Below, in pieces: positions 48,304 to 58,615 of a DNA stretch of 64,000 nt; positions within the stretch are counted from its first letter, which is position 1; each line of letters opens with the position of its first letter. Source of the stretch: Promethearchaeota archaeon. Its GTDB lineage: Archaea; Asgardarchaeota; Heimdallarchaeia; Hodarchaeales; Hodarchaeaceae. The notes beneath the pieces were generated by a model. The model had not been told where the DNA came from. It searched no databases and was given only the letters and a program-made list of their open reading frames with translations. The stretch covers positions 1 to 64,000 of the forward strand of contig JBHLMN010000002.1 of assembly GCA_048938105.1 (NCBI GenBank), given 5' to 3'. The position numbers and the translations under genes are program-made.

Positions 48304-49371
48304 ATGCAATCTAAAATTATACTAAAAAATGAATTAAACCAAATCATAAAGAAATTAATGGATTATTACACCGTAATTGCTCCTCAAAAAGAGAAAGAAT
48401 TTTTGAAATATGGAGAACTCGCTAATGTGGAGGATATAATCCTTGATTTTCCAGGACCAAGTAAAATCCCACCAAAAAGCATTTTATTTCCACAGAAAGA
48501 AATCCTCTTTACTTTTGAGTTAAAAAATAAGAATGTTAAATTATCTGATAGTAAGACCAGTACTCAAGAAAAACCGCAAATTCTATTCGGAATTAGGCCA
48601 TGCGATACAAGAAGTCTTGCGTTACTCAAAATGTTTTTTGAATGGGGGAATTACAAAGATGTTTATTATTCTGAAAAATATAATAACTCCATTTTTATTT
48701 CCTACGCGTGTAACTCCCCTAGATCAACATGTTTCTGCACTTCAGTCAATGGTGGACCATTTAATAAGGACAACTCCGATTTGTTACTTGTGGATATCGG
48801 TAAAAAGTACGTCTTATCCAGTTTAACTGATAAGGGTGATTCGGTCTTAGAAGTACTTAGCGAATTAAAGGATGCAACCAACCAAGATCTCGAAAAGGTC
48901 AAGAGATTGGAACAAGAAGCTAAGAATTCAATGAAAAAAGTTCCAAATATTGACAAAATAAATGAAGATCTCGAAGGTATGTATGATAACGAAATTTGGG
49001 ATACCCTTAGTGAAGTTTGTCTGGGGTGTGCAACTTGTACTTTCCTATGTCCCACTTGCCATTGTTTCGATGTGTTAGACGAACGTCTTGATGAACATCA
49101 TGGTGCAAGGATTAGAATCTGGGACACTTGCCAATTCCCGTTATTCTCAAAGCATGGCTCGGGACACAATCCACGTGGTACGAAATCATCTAGATTCCGT
49201 CAACGTGTATTCCATAAGTTTAGCTATTATCCTATAAACTATGGTGTTCTTGGTTGTGTAGGATGTGGTCGATGCATAAACTATTGTCCAATGCATTCCG
49301 ACATACGGGAGGAACTCACTAGGATCGAAGAAGTAAAGAAAAATCTTCATAAAAACAAAGAAGGGACATAA
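48304..49371 (+). CDS. flxB: FlxB/AsrA-like 4Fe-4S protein
   Basis: PPKSILFPQKE, FGIRPCD, TCFCTS, CLGCATCTFLCPTCHCF, R.WDTC, RFRQR..HK and CVGCGRC...CP. The ATG follows a GGAGGTG RBS. Confidence 0.85.
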   Translation: MQSKIILKNELNQIIKKLMDYYTVIAPQKEKEFLKYGELANVEDIILDFPGPSKIPPKSILFPQKEILFTFELKNKNVKLSDSKTSTQEKPQILFGIRPCDTRSLALLKMFFEWGNYKDVYYSEKYNNSIFISYACNSPRSTCFCTSVNGGPFNKDNSDLLLVDIGKKYVLSSLTDKGDSVLEVLSELKDATNQDLEKVKRLEQEAKNSMKKVPNIDKINEDLEGMYDNEIWDTLSEVCLGCATCTFLCPTCHCFDVLDERLDEHHGARIRIWDTCQFPLFSKHGSGHNPRGTKSSRFRQRVFHKFSYYPINYGVLGCVGCGRCINYCPMHSDIREELTRIEEVKKNLHKNKEGT

Positions 49372-50222
49372 AAATAGCTTTAGTAAAGAATCCATATATT
49401 CCAAAATTAGCTATAATCAAGGAAATTACGCACGAAAATTTAATTAAGGATTTGAAAACATTCAGACTGGTTTTTCAAAACGAGGAGGAATTCAAATCCT
49501 TTAATTACATCCCAGGCCAATTTGCTGAGATTAGTCTCTTAGGAATTGGGGAATTTCCGATTGGTATTGCATCGTCTCCCACTGAAAAAGGATATTTGCT
49601 ATTTACTGTTAAAAAAGTAGCACAAGTTACAAGCCATGTACACAATTGCACAGTAGACGATATTATAGGAATACGGGGTCCTTTTGGCAATGGGTGGCCT
49701 ATCGAAACGATGAAAGGAAAAAATGTAGTAATCGTTGGAGGAGGATTTGCATTTTCAACTTTAAGATCGATGATCGAGTACATTATCGCTGATGAGAATC
49801 GAGCTCAATTCGGAAACATTACCGTCATTTATGGAGCTCGAAATTCCCCCGAACTCTTATACGAGAATGATTTAGAACGATGGTCAAAAAGAGACGATAT
49901 GAAGTTAGTGTTAACGATTGACACTCCAGAAGAGGGATGGACAAAAAATGTTGGATATGTACCAACAATTCTCAAGGAAACAGCACCTTCATCAGAGAAT
50001 GCTATAGCATTAGTCTGTGGCCCCCCAATAATGAACAAATTCTCAATCCCTGTGTTGACTGAGCTGGGATTCTCAGATGATTTGATCATTCTCTCGTTGG
50101 AAAATCGAATGAAATGCGGTATAGGGAAGTGTGGGCATTGTAACGTCGGGAACAAGTTAGTCTGCGTAGATGGTCCCGTTTTTTCGCAAGAGAAGCTGAA
50201 AAATATGCCCAAAGAATATTGA
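49368..50222 (+). CDS. flxA: FlxA/AsrB-like FAD/NAD(P)-binding [2Fe-2S] oxidoreductase (start uncertain)
   Basis: PGQF, RGPFGNG, VGGG, YGAR, CGPP and LENRMKCGIGKCGHC...CVDGPVF. The family-typical N-terminal NPYIP lies upstream of the TTG at 49452. Confidence 0.85.
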   Translation: MKIALVKNPYIPKLAIIKEITHENLIKDLKTFRLVFQNEEEFKSFNYIPGQFAEISLLGIGEFPIGIASSPTEKGYLLFTVKKVAQVTSHVHNCTVDDIIGIRGPFGNGWPIETMKGKNVVIVGGGFAFSTLRSMIEYIIADENRAQFGNITVIYGARNSPELLYENDLERWSKRDDMKLVLTIDTPEEGWTKNVGYVPTILKETAPSSENAIALVCGPPIMNKFSIPVLTELGFSDDLIILSLENRMKCGIGKCGHCNVGNKLVCVDGPVFSQEKLKNMPKEY

Positions 50223-50395
50223 AACCATTAGATTGGCCAGTTCTGTAGAATTTTTGCGGATTCGATGAAAAATTCATCTTCATTTCCGATTTTCGATTCA
50301 GTAAATTATTGATTAAAGGAATTATTATCGAGAGATGAAGTTAAATTCTCTAGTTTCATGTCTTCTCATTTCTTTCAATTCTGAGATGCTAACAA

Positions 50396-51799
50396 ATGGT
50401 ATCAATAATCAAAACTGATATAGCAATTATAGGAGGTGGTCCTGCTGGTTATGTCGCGGCAATTCGTGCTTCTCAACTTCAAGCTAAGGTTGTACTGATT
50501 GAGAAAGGAGAATTAGGAGGTACATGTCTCAATAAGGGATGTATTCCAACGAAAGTATTAGTCGAATCAGCAGAAAGATATAGAGCTTTTAAGGAATCAT
50601 CTAGATTCGGATTACAAGCAGAGAATGTGAGCTTTAATTACTCTCGAATTAATAAGAGAAAAACTCGGATAGTAAAACGCTTAGTTAAAGGGGTAGAATT
50701 TTTACTTAGAAAGAATCATATTCAGGTTTTAAAAGGTTATGGGAGTTTTATTGACCAGAATAGAATTTTTGTAAAGGGGAGCGATGAAAGTTATGAAGTT
50801 CATGCAATGAATGTCATTATTGCCACAGGAAGTAACCCCATGTTATTACCTATTCCAGGAATTGATGGTTCTAAGGTTCTCACTAGCGATGATCTTCTTG
50901 AATTGAGTATCATCCCCAAAAGTATGATTGTAATTGGAGGAGGGGTGATAGGAGCTGAATTTTCCCATATTTTTCATTCCTTTGGGTGTAAGATCACAAT
51001 CTTAGAAATGCTTCCTGAATTGATTCCGATGGAAGATCCTGACCTAGGAAAAGAGCTTGAAGCATCATTTATAATTAGTGGGATAAAAGTTTATACAAAT
51101 TCACGCGTAATTCGAATTTCTGACACTCCAGAGGAAAATAAGAAGGTTACTTTTATTGATTCTAGTGGAAATGAACAGGATATTGAAGCCGAATATGTAT
51201 TAATAGCTATTGGACGAACATCAGTAATAAACGGATTGAATCTTGATTCTATCGGAGTAAAATATGATCAGGGGATATTTGTCAATGCTAAGATGAAAAC
51301 TAATGTTCCCAATGTGTTTGCAGTTGGTGATGTTATACAAGGACAACCTTCGCCAATGCTAGCCTATACTGCATCCCATGAGGGTGAGGTAGCTGTGGAA
51401 AATGCACTTGGTTATGAGGTTGAAATGAATTACGAGGCCATCCCAAGTACGATTTTTACAAACCCTGAGGTAGCTTCAGTAGGTTTATCCGAGAATAGAG
51501 CTAAAGAAAAAGTGGATATACTCGTAGGGACTTTTCCATTTCAGGTAAATGGTAGAGCAATTATTTCAGGGCAAAATCGTGGATTAGTCAAAGTAATACT
51601 TGATGCAAACACTACTGAAATAATCGGTGTACATATCATTGGTCCTAGTGCTACAGATTTGATTGCGGAAGGAGTATTAGCAGTAGCTAATAGAATGAAA
51701 GCTGAAGATTTGATTAAAGTTGAACATGCACACCCTGTGTTCTATGAAACGATCAAAGAGGCAACGTTGGATGCCCTTGGTCGTGCTATTCATAAATAA
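50396..51799 (+). CDS. lpdA: Dihydrolipoamide dehydrogenase
   Basis: IGGGPAG, GGTCLNKGCIPTK, IGGGVIGAE, FTNPEVASVG and HAHPVFYE. Confidence 0.93.
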   Translation: MVSIIKTDIAIIGGGPAGYVAAIRASQLQAKVVLIEKGELGGTCLNKGCIPTKVLVESAERYRAFKESSRFGLQAENVSFNYSRINKRKTRIVKRLVKGVEFLLRKNHIQVLKGYGSFIDQNRIFVKGSDESYEVHAMNVIIATGSNPMLLPIPGIDGSKVLTSDDLLELSIIPKSMIVIGGGVIGAEFSHIFHSFGCKITILEMLPELIPMEDPDLGKELEASFIISGIKVYTNSRVIRISDTPEENKKVTFIDSSGNEQDIEAEYVLIAIGRTSVINGLNLDSIGVKYDQGIFVNAKMKTNVPNVFAVGDVIQGQPSPMLAYTASHEGEVAVENALGYEVEMNYEAIPSTIFTNPEVASVGLSENRAKEKVDILVGTFPFQVNGRAIISGQNRGLVKVILDANTTEIIGVHIIGPSATDLIAEGVLAVANRMKAEDLIKVEHAHPVFYETIKEATLDALGRAIHK

Positions 51800-52076
51800 T
51801 CGATGTATGTAAGTTGTCATAGATAATCTTTTAATGTAGAATGGTATATTATAAGGGGTGTTTTGTATATCCTTGAAATCAACTTGGAAAAAAAAACTTT
51901 CTTATCTATTCAATATTGCACAAACATCATCTTAATTCAAATTCTGTTTACAAATCAGATGATATCGAACGATTTAAGGATTCTACACCCATGATTGAAA
52001 TGCTTTAGGCTGGAAGAAAGCATTTTAAGTATTTAAACAAAAAAACCAAAAATAAAATCTTAGGAGGATTGGAAAA

Positions 52077-52910
52077 ATGACAAATATATTGAGTCCATCA
52101 ATTTCAGAACTTGTGAACTTAACTGGAAAAACAGCAATTGTAACAGGTGGTGCCATGGGTATCGGTCAAGCAATTTGTTACCGGTTAGCTGAGGCTGGAG
52201 CCGCTGTTATGGTTGTAGATATCAATCTTGATGCAGCAAAAGAAACTGCAAAAACAATCAGCGATAAAGGTGGAAAAGCAAAGGCTCTACTAGCAGATGC
52301 AAGTAGTCTTGATGATGCAAAGAAGGTAATTCAATCGACTGTTGATGAATTCGGAGGTATTGATATACTAGTTAATAATGCTGGTATTTATCCAATGTCT
52401 CCAGCACTTGATACAACTGAAACATTATGGGACAAGGTATTGGGATTAAATCTAAAAGGCGTATTTTTTTATAATCAAGCTGCTGCAAAAAGGATGATCG
52501 AGGCAGGAAAAGGTGGAAAGATCATTAGCGTTGCTTCAGGAGCGGGTTTAAAACCTTCAGGTATGAATCTTGTTCATTATGATACCTCAAAAGCTGGAGT
52601 TATCATGATGACAAAGTCTTTAGCTACAGAAATGGCACCTCACAAGATAAATGTTAATGCAATTGCACCTGGAGCAATTGATACTCCTGGATCTAAAGTT
52701 ACTTTTGCAGCTATGAAAGAACAACTAATAGCATCTGGTATGTCACCAGAAGAGGCTGAGAAAATGACTGATTTCACCACACGAGTACCCCTCGGTCGTA
52801 TGGGAATCCCTGACGATATAGCGAAAGGAATCCTCTTTTTAGCTTGTGATTTATCTGAATATATAACTGGTTTCACGCTTGTGGTTGATGGTGGGTCTCT
52901 ACTAATGTAA
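52077..52910 (+). CDS. Short-chain dehydrogenase/reductase (FabG/KduD-like)
   Basis: TGGAMGIG, LVNNAG, HYDTSK (YxxxK), VNAIAPG and PLGRMG.PDDIA. Confidence 0.93.
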   Translation: MTNILSPSISELVNLTGKTAIVTGGAMGIGQAICYRLAEAGAAVMVVDINLDAAKETAKTISDKGGKAKALLADASSLDDAKKVIQSTVDEFGGIDILVNNAGIYPMSPALDTTETLWDKVLGLNLKGVFFYNQAAAKRMIEAGKGGKIISVASGAGLKPSGMNLVHYDTSKAGVIMMTKSLATEMAPHKINVNAIAPGAIDTPGSKVTFAAMKEQLIASGMSPEEAEKMTDFTTRVPLGRMGIPDDIAKGILFLACDLSEYITGFTLVVDGGSLLM

Positions 52911-52974
52911 TTGACCAATTGTGTCATTATAGTAAGAGTTATCCTTGCTTCGATAGATGCTTATCATCCAACTG

Positions 52975-53315
52975 CAAATCTTGTTCATTATGATACCTCA
53001 AAAGGTGATATCCGCATGATGACAAAAACTTTAGCCTTAGAACTAGCGTCCCGCAAAATAACTGTAAATGCGGTTGCCCCTGGGGGAATTTCGACTCCAG
53101 GAACAGATGTTACTATAGAAGCAAAGAGAGAACAAATGGTAGCAGCTGGCATGTCACCAGAAGACTTTGAAGCAACATTTACTACTCGAATCCCCCTTAG
53201 CTGTATGGGGGTTCCTGATGACATAGTAAAAGTGATTCTCTTTTTAACTAGTGGTTTATCCGAATATATGACTGGTACTACTTTAGTGGCAGATGGTGGT
53301 TACCTACTCTCTTAG
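52975..53315 (+). pseudogene. C-terminal half of an SDR paralog
   Basis: NLVHYDTSKG...VNAVAPG...RIPL..MGVPDDI...DGG with no Rossmann N-terminus. Shares AATCTTGTTCATTATGATACCTCAAAAG with the upstream gene. Confidence 0.8.
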
Positions 53316-53344
53316 TTGATGTTTAGTCTATTCAAAACTAGTCA

Positions 53345-53415
53345 AATTAACTGGAAAAACTACAAATATTGCAGCTGGTGCCCTAGGTATCGGTCAAGAA
53401 ATGTTCTACGACCTA
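53345..53415 (+). pseudogene. N-terminal fragment of a third SDR copy
   Basis: TTAACTGGAAAAACTACAAATATTGCAGCTGGTGCCCTAGGTATCGGTCAAG (LTGKTTNIAAGALGIGQ) aligns with 52119-52170 (LTGKTAIVTGGAMGIGQ). Confidence 0.7.
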
Positions 53416-53471
53416 TCATCCTACCTATTACCACTTTTTTCTTTTTATTTACCAAAGCAATCTCTCCTCAC

Positions 53472-53891
53472 CTAAAAATGCCATAATTGACGCCAAGAAA
53501 CACCTTCAGTCAATATTAATGGGATTAGAATAATCAACGCTATAATAGCATCAATTAAACCAAATAATAGATACACTATTTCTAATCCCTGGCTGATTAA
53601 GGTTAGAATTACTATTGAAAAGTACCCCAGTCGAGTCACCACAGATCCGAATCCAATTATGACTAATTTCTGTGGATTTTGTGCAGCATAAACTAGAAAA
53701 TATCCCACAATGATAAGAAAAAGAGCAGTAAATTGAATAAAAATCAGTTCTGGCTTTTGAACTTCAACGTATGATGAAAAAAATTCCCCGAAAAATAAGA
53801 GGAGTATTACCATTGAGATATTATACAATCCACCTATAAGAAATGATAATTTCAAAAACAAGTCATTGTTGATTCTTTTCAACATAATCAC
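53472..53891 (-). CDS. Small four-TM membrane protein
   Basis: Four hydrophobic helices. Confidence 0.75.
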   Translation of the reverse strand: MIMLKRINNDLFLKLSFLIGGLYNISMVILLLFFGEFFSSYVEVQKPELIFIQFTALFLIIVGYFLVYAAQNPQKLVIIGFGSVVTRLGYFSIVILTLISQGLEIVYLLFGLIDAIIALIILIPLILTEGVSWRQLWHF

Positions 53892-54013
53892 TTAATATCT
53901 CTCTAAATGTAGGAAATTATATTTAATAGCCTTCTTTCAATGATTGGCTCATTCACCTAATCGAGTAACGGTTAAACTAAACTTCAATTCAAAATTCTTT
54001 ACAAAAATCAGAG

Positions 54014-57000
54014 CTACTTTCTACTATTTTTCCTCTTAACAATTTTGGGCCTGTTTTTCAATTTTGGCTTTTCAAGCTCAAAAATCATGTCTCGAATTTC
54101 CGCAGCCTTCTCAAATTCAAGGTTTTTTGCAGCTATCTGCATTTCTTGTCTCAACGCTTTAATATAATCTGGAAGGTCTTCTGCTGGGACCTTTTCCTGT
54201 TTAATGTCAGTAAATGACGTTTTTAGCTCAACAAGTGGAGATCGTACTTCTTTGATAATTGTTTGTGGAGTTATCCCCATTTTTTTATTGTATTCCAGTT
54301 GTTTGCGACGACGTCTCTTTGTTTCAGCAATAGAAATTTCCATAGATTCGGATATTTTGTCTGCATAAAAAACTACCCGCCCATTGACGTTTCGAGCCGC
54401 ACGACCAATAGTTTGTATAAGTGATCTCTCATTTCTGAGAAATCCTTGTTTATCTGCATCTAGAATAGCAACCAAAGAAACTTCAGGTAAGTCCAATCCC
54501 TCTCTTAGAAGATTGATTCCTACAAGGACATCAAAATCCCCAAGTCTTAGTGAGCGTAAGATGTCCGTTCGTTCTAAGGTTTTAATCTCTGAATGTAGGT
54601 AACGGGCACGTATACCAATGTCATCAAGATAGTCAGCAAGATTCTCAGCCATTCGTTTTGTTAAGGTAGTTACTAGCGTACGTTCTCTTCGGCCTGTAGT
54701 TTTTTGAATTTCCTCTACAAGATCATCTATTGGATTATCTAATTTAATTTTTATCTCAATTTCTGGATCAACTAATCCCGTGGGTCGAATTATTTGCTCA
54801 ATTATGCCATTTTTTCCACTTTTTTCCCAAGCATATGGACCTGGTGTAGCACTGACAAATATTGTTTGTCCCATTCGGGCTTCAAATTCCCTAAAAGTAA
54901 GGGGTCGATGATCATACGCAGAGGGAAGTCGAAATCCATAATCTATTAGATTCTTTTTCCGAGAAAGATCTCCTTCTCGCATCCCTCCGATTTGAGGAAT
55001 AGTCATGTGTGATTCATCGATGATAAGGAGATAATCCTTCGGAAAAAATTCCATTAACGTTGAAGGGGGTTCTCCTTCTTCTCTATTATCAAAGTAACGA
55101 GAATAATTCTCTATTCCCGGGCAATGACCAATTTCTTCCATAAGTTCTAGATCATATAAAGTTCTTTGTTGAAGACGATGAGCTTCTATTATTTTGTTTT
55201 GATGTCTTAGTTCTTTTAATCGTTTTCTTAATTCTTTACGAATTTCTCCAAGGGCTGCTCTCAGTTCATCTTTAGGACGAACATAATGTTTAGCAGGAAA
55301 AATAATCGTACGATCAAGCTTAACTAGAGTTTTACCCGAAATTGGGTGAATGTGGGTTATACGTTCAATTTCATCTCCAAATAGTTCGATTCGTACTGCT
55401 ATATAATCTTCATAAGCCGGCCAGACATCGATCGTATCCCCTCTGATTCTGATTTTCCCACGTAATAAATTATTTTGATCGCGTTCATATTGAATATCGA
55501 TTAAATTGGAAAGAATCTTTTCCTTAGAGATTTTCATACCCTTTTGAACAAATAAACTCATATTTTTATAAGACTCGGGCGATCCAAGACCGTAAATACA
55601 GCTAACACTCGCTACTACAATTACATCGTCGCGTTCAAGGAGACTTCGGGTTGCTGAAGCCCTCATCTTCTCGATTTCCTCGTTGATATCGAAGTCCTTC
55701 TCTATATAGCGATCAGTGGTCGGAAGGTAGGCTTCAGGTTGGTAGTAGTCGTAATATGAAACAAAGTATTCTACAGCATTATGTGGGAAATATTCTGAAA
55801 ACTCTTGATATAATTGCGCTGCCAAGGTCTTATTATGAGAGATTACTAGGGTTGGCTTCCGCACCTGTTCAATGACATTGGCAATAGTAAATGTATTATG
55901 AACGAAAATATTCCCATTACCTGCAAAAAAGTTTTCATTATCCTTTACAGAAATATCATAAACGTAACCATTTGCCGTTTTTACTCTTTCAATCTTATTA
56001 ATCCTACGAAAATTAAAATTCAAAATGTTCTGAAATAATTCTTTTTTAGGATCTAGTTTTATTATCTTCTTGAAAAGATCTTTGGATGGATTTCTTTTAT
56101 TTTGTTCGATTAGTGTTATATGAGACCTAGCACATCCTATTTGATTTGCCAGTTGTTTTTGTGTGAATTTAAGACCTTTTCTTAGCTTAATAATGTAATT
56201 AGAACATTTTGGAAAAACATCAACATTTGTATTACTTTTTTCTGTGATGTTTTTTATTAATTTCTTCTTTTTATGCTCCAAAGAAAAATAAATGGTGTTT
56301 TTAAACTTAATTAGATTCTCTCGACCAGATATGGTTAAAGAATAATATTCTTTTTCAATAGGATTATTGTTTGCTCCTTTGTAAAGCGATTTTTTCTTTC
56401 GAATACGTGAAACTATATCAAATCTTAGCAATAAATTTTTGATATCATAAATTAATTTTTCTGAAGCTGATGTATATACGACTCTATTTTTTTCGACACC
56501 CCCATCCCCATCAAATACTGCTCTTAAAAAGACTGTGAGATTTTCATTTGATAGATTGTAAAAGAAATTAGTTATTCTTTTTTCTTTGGCAGTTTTTCCG
56601 AGTGACTTAAAGAAGTTTGAAAAGGGTTTTGAAAAATAGACAATATCATTCTCGTTTCGTTGGTTATAATTCAAATTATAAGCGTTAAAAAATTCCTTAC
56701 AAATATTTTGTAAGGTTTTTTCTGGATTAGATATTAAAATATATCGATCTGTACAATGACCTTCTGATATGTATAATCCTGCAAAAGTTAAAAAATTATT
56801 ATTAATCGGTATTAAAGGATTTAGAGAATCATTTCCTTTAGTAATGATTTTAATATATTTATTGACATCTCTTAAGTTCAAACCTGATCTTGATAAGAGA
56901 ATGTACATTTGTTCAATTGTTATTCCCCTTTCAGAAGTTTCATTTACTATTTGATCAAATTTCCAATTATAAGCTTTGAATTCTCCTTTTAGAAATTCCT

Positions 57001-57625
57001 TGATTATTTCTACATTTTTATATTGTTTTTTAATTAAATCACTGATATTTACTTTAGAATCTGAATTATATTCTAGTAAATTCAAAAATCTTAAGGGCTT
57101 TTTAGGTAATGGCATATTATTTGAAAGAGGTAAATAATCACCTATTTTGAGGCTCTCTGTAGCAACTAAATCAAGTTTACAGTTATATAAACGAAAACAA
57201 TTATGATCTTTTGTAATTCTGATTGTAGAATTATCATCGAGAGTGATTTTATATATGAATTTTGCTTTATGTTTTGAAACTTCAGTAATTTCTTTTGTTT
57301 CAATTGAATAATCCTTGGAATTAAAAGATAAAGTAAAAAAACCATTTATTTTTTGATATAGAGTATCACTTAGTTTTTTGGGATTTGATAATTTTTCTTC
57401 TACAAATTTTCCAATTTTTATTCTAGTAATAGTTGAATTCTCATTAATTATAACAATTTGTTCATCATAATCAATACTTTTCCCGCTCCCAGTAACCCCT
57501 AAGAGAGTTTGATACTTTTTTCCATTTTCTATTCCCTGTACTAGTTGTTTAATCGCTGGTATTTGATCACCACGCGGCTGATAAGGGGAAATTATTTGAA
57601 ATTCTGGCAGGATGCTTCTCTCCAA
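54014..57625 (-). CDS. uvrB: Excinuclease ABC subunit B, interrupted by an intein
   Basis: [14 protein letters not shown]|[49 protein letters not shown] and a C-terminal UVR domain. The spliced product would be 675 aa. Confidence 0.97.
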   Translation of the reverse strand: MERSILPEFQIISPYQPRGDQIPAIKQLVQGIENGKKYQTLLGVTGSGKSIDYDEQIVIINENSTITRIKIGKFVEEKLSNPKKLSDTLYQKINGFFTLSFNSKDYSIETKEITEVSKHKAKFIYKITLDDNSTIRITKDHNCFRLYNCKLDLVATESLKIGDYLPLSNNMPLPKKPLRFLNLLEYNSDSKVNISDLIKKQYKNVEIIKEFLKGEFKAYNWKFDQIVNETSERGITIEQMYILLSRSGLNLRDVNKYIKIITKGNDSLNPLIPINNNFLTFAGLYISEGHCTDRYILISNPEKTLQNICKEFFNAYNLNYNQRNENDIVYFSKPFSNFFKSLGKTAKEKRITNFFYNLSNENLTVFLRAVFDGDGGVEKNRVVYTSASEKLIYDIKNLLLRFDIVSRIRKKKSLYKGANNNPIEKEYYSLTISGRENLIKFKNTIYFSLEHKKKKLIKNITEKSNTNVDVFPKCSNYIIKLRKGLKFTQKQLANQIGCARSHITLIEQNKRNPSKDLFKKIIKLDPKKELFQNILNFNFRRINKIERVKTANGYVYDISVKDNENFFAGNGNIFVHNTFTIANVIEQVRKPTLVISHNKTLAAQLYQEFSEYFPHNAVEYFVSYYDYYQPEAYLPTTDRYIEKDFDINEEIEKMRASATRSLLERDDVIVVASVSCIYGLGSPESYKNMSLFVQKGMKISKEKILSNLIDIQYERDQNNLLRGKIRIRGDTIDVWPAYEDYIAVRIELFGDEIERITHIHPISGKTLVKLDRTIIFPAKHYVRPKDELRAALGEIRKELRKRLKELRHQNKIIEAHRLQQRTLYDLELMEEIGHCPGIENYSRYFDNREEGEPPSTLMEFFPKDYLLIIDESHMTIPQIGGMREGDLSRKKNLIDYGFRLPSAYDHRPLTFREFEARMGQTIFVSATPGPYAWEKSGKNGIIEQIIRPTGLVDPEIEIKIKLDNPIDDLVEEIQKTTGRRERTLVTTLTKRMAENLADYLDDIGIRARYLHSEIKTLERTDILRSLRLGDFDVLVGINLLREGLDLPEVSLVAILDADKQGFLRNERSLIQTIGRAARNVNGRVVFYADKISESMEISIAETKRRRRKQLEYNKKMGITPQTIIKEVRSPLVELKTSFTDIKQEKVPAEDLPDYIKALRQEMQIAAKNLEFEKAAEIRDMIFELEKPKLKNRPKIVKRKNSRK
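55895..57478 (-). mobile_element. 528-aa intein with LAGLIDADG homing endonuclease and XRE-type HTH, inserted in the UvrB Walker A motif
   Basis: Begins SIDYDE after GSGK; block B ITKDHN; LAGLIDADG-like FAGLYISEG and [10 protein letters not shown]; [20 protein letters not shown]; ends VYDISV..NENF...FVHN before Thr. DNA is more AT-rich than the exteins. Confidence 0.95.
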
Positions 57626-57908
57626 TTTGAAGAAGATCTCATTACTTTCATTACATTGATAGATGATTTATTCATAAATGACAGTTTGTTGGCAATCTGA
57701 ATTTATACTTAAAATAATACCCAATAACAGAAGTTTTCTTTCCTTCTTAATGAGCTTGTTAACATAATCCTTCAAAAAAAGGATTATCCTCTTATTAAAT
57801 TCGATTTTTTATCACTTGAATGAATTAGTTTTTAAATGACTATACTTTTTTACCAATACGAAATCAAGAATAACCTTCCGAGATTATTGTTCAAGACGAG
57901 GTTAGAAA

Positions 57909-58583
57909 GTGTTTGATCGTGATATTCGGGTAACTGTGTTAGGGAATACGGGAGTAGGTAAAACTACGCTGATAGATCGGATGATAGGAACGGATGTCCA
58001 TAAAATCATGAGTAAGAAAACACTTGAGATTAATATTGAGGAAAAGAAGATTAAATTACAAAGCTCTCAATCTCATCCCTGGTATTCACTCGAAAAACAT
58101 CGAAGTTATCGAATCATAGCAATAGATAACCCAGGTGACTATAAACTGCGACGAAAATGGCGTGAGGCCATGCGAAAGTTTAAGACTGACGGGATGCTAT
58201 TTCTACTTGATCCTGAACAATCAATTGAGGTTCAAAGGGTAGCAATGGAGGATAGCTACAATTACTTTTTGGATTCTCTTGATTTGAGGCCAGAAAGAGC
58301 AGATAGGAAAGCGAGGGATACAAAGTATATTTTTCACTTTGTAGTAAATAAATGTGATATCTTACTACCAAATGATAGTGATAAAAAAACCTTTGTAATG
58401 AATCCTCTTGTCAAAGAACAAGCAGTAGATTTTCTATCTCGGTTCGCTCCGACAATGGATGAGTTTAAAGAAACCTTTCCCCTTTCAAAGTTTGGAATTT
58501 CCTATCTCTCTGCATTATATAGTCCTTACAAGGCTTTGGATAAGTTATTTGAGATCCTAAAAGTATACATTTATCATATTTAG
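57909..58583 (+). CDS. Divergent small GTPase (Ras superfamily)
   Basis: G1 GNTGVGKTT, G3 DNPGD, G4 NKCD, G5 LSA. Confidence 0.85.
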   Translation: MFDRDIRVTVLGNTGVGKTTLIDRMIGTDVHKIMSKKTLEINIEEKKIKLQSSQSHPWYSLEKHRSYRIIAIDNPGDYKLRRKWREAMRKFKTDGMLFLLDPEQSIEVQRVAMEDSYNYFLDSLDLRPERADRKARDTKYIFHFVVNKCDILLPNDSDKKTFVMNPLVKEQAVDFLSRFAPTMDEFKETFPLSKFGISYLSALYSPYKALDKLFEILKVYIYHI

Positions 58584-58615
58584 ATATGTTTTAGGAATCT
58601 TTTTGGTACTTAATA

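Noticed and set aside
35408-50222. Selenocysteine (in-frame UGA) in HdrA/MvhD, as known for some Asgard archaea and methanogens
   Set aside because: All the relevant positions are ordinary Cys codons in uninterrupted ORFs. The break between 38169 and 38172 is TAA followed by a fresh ATG.
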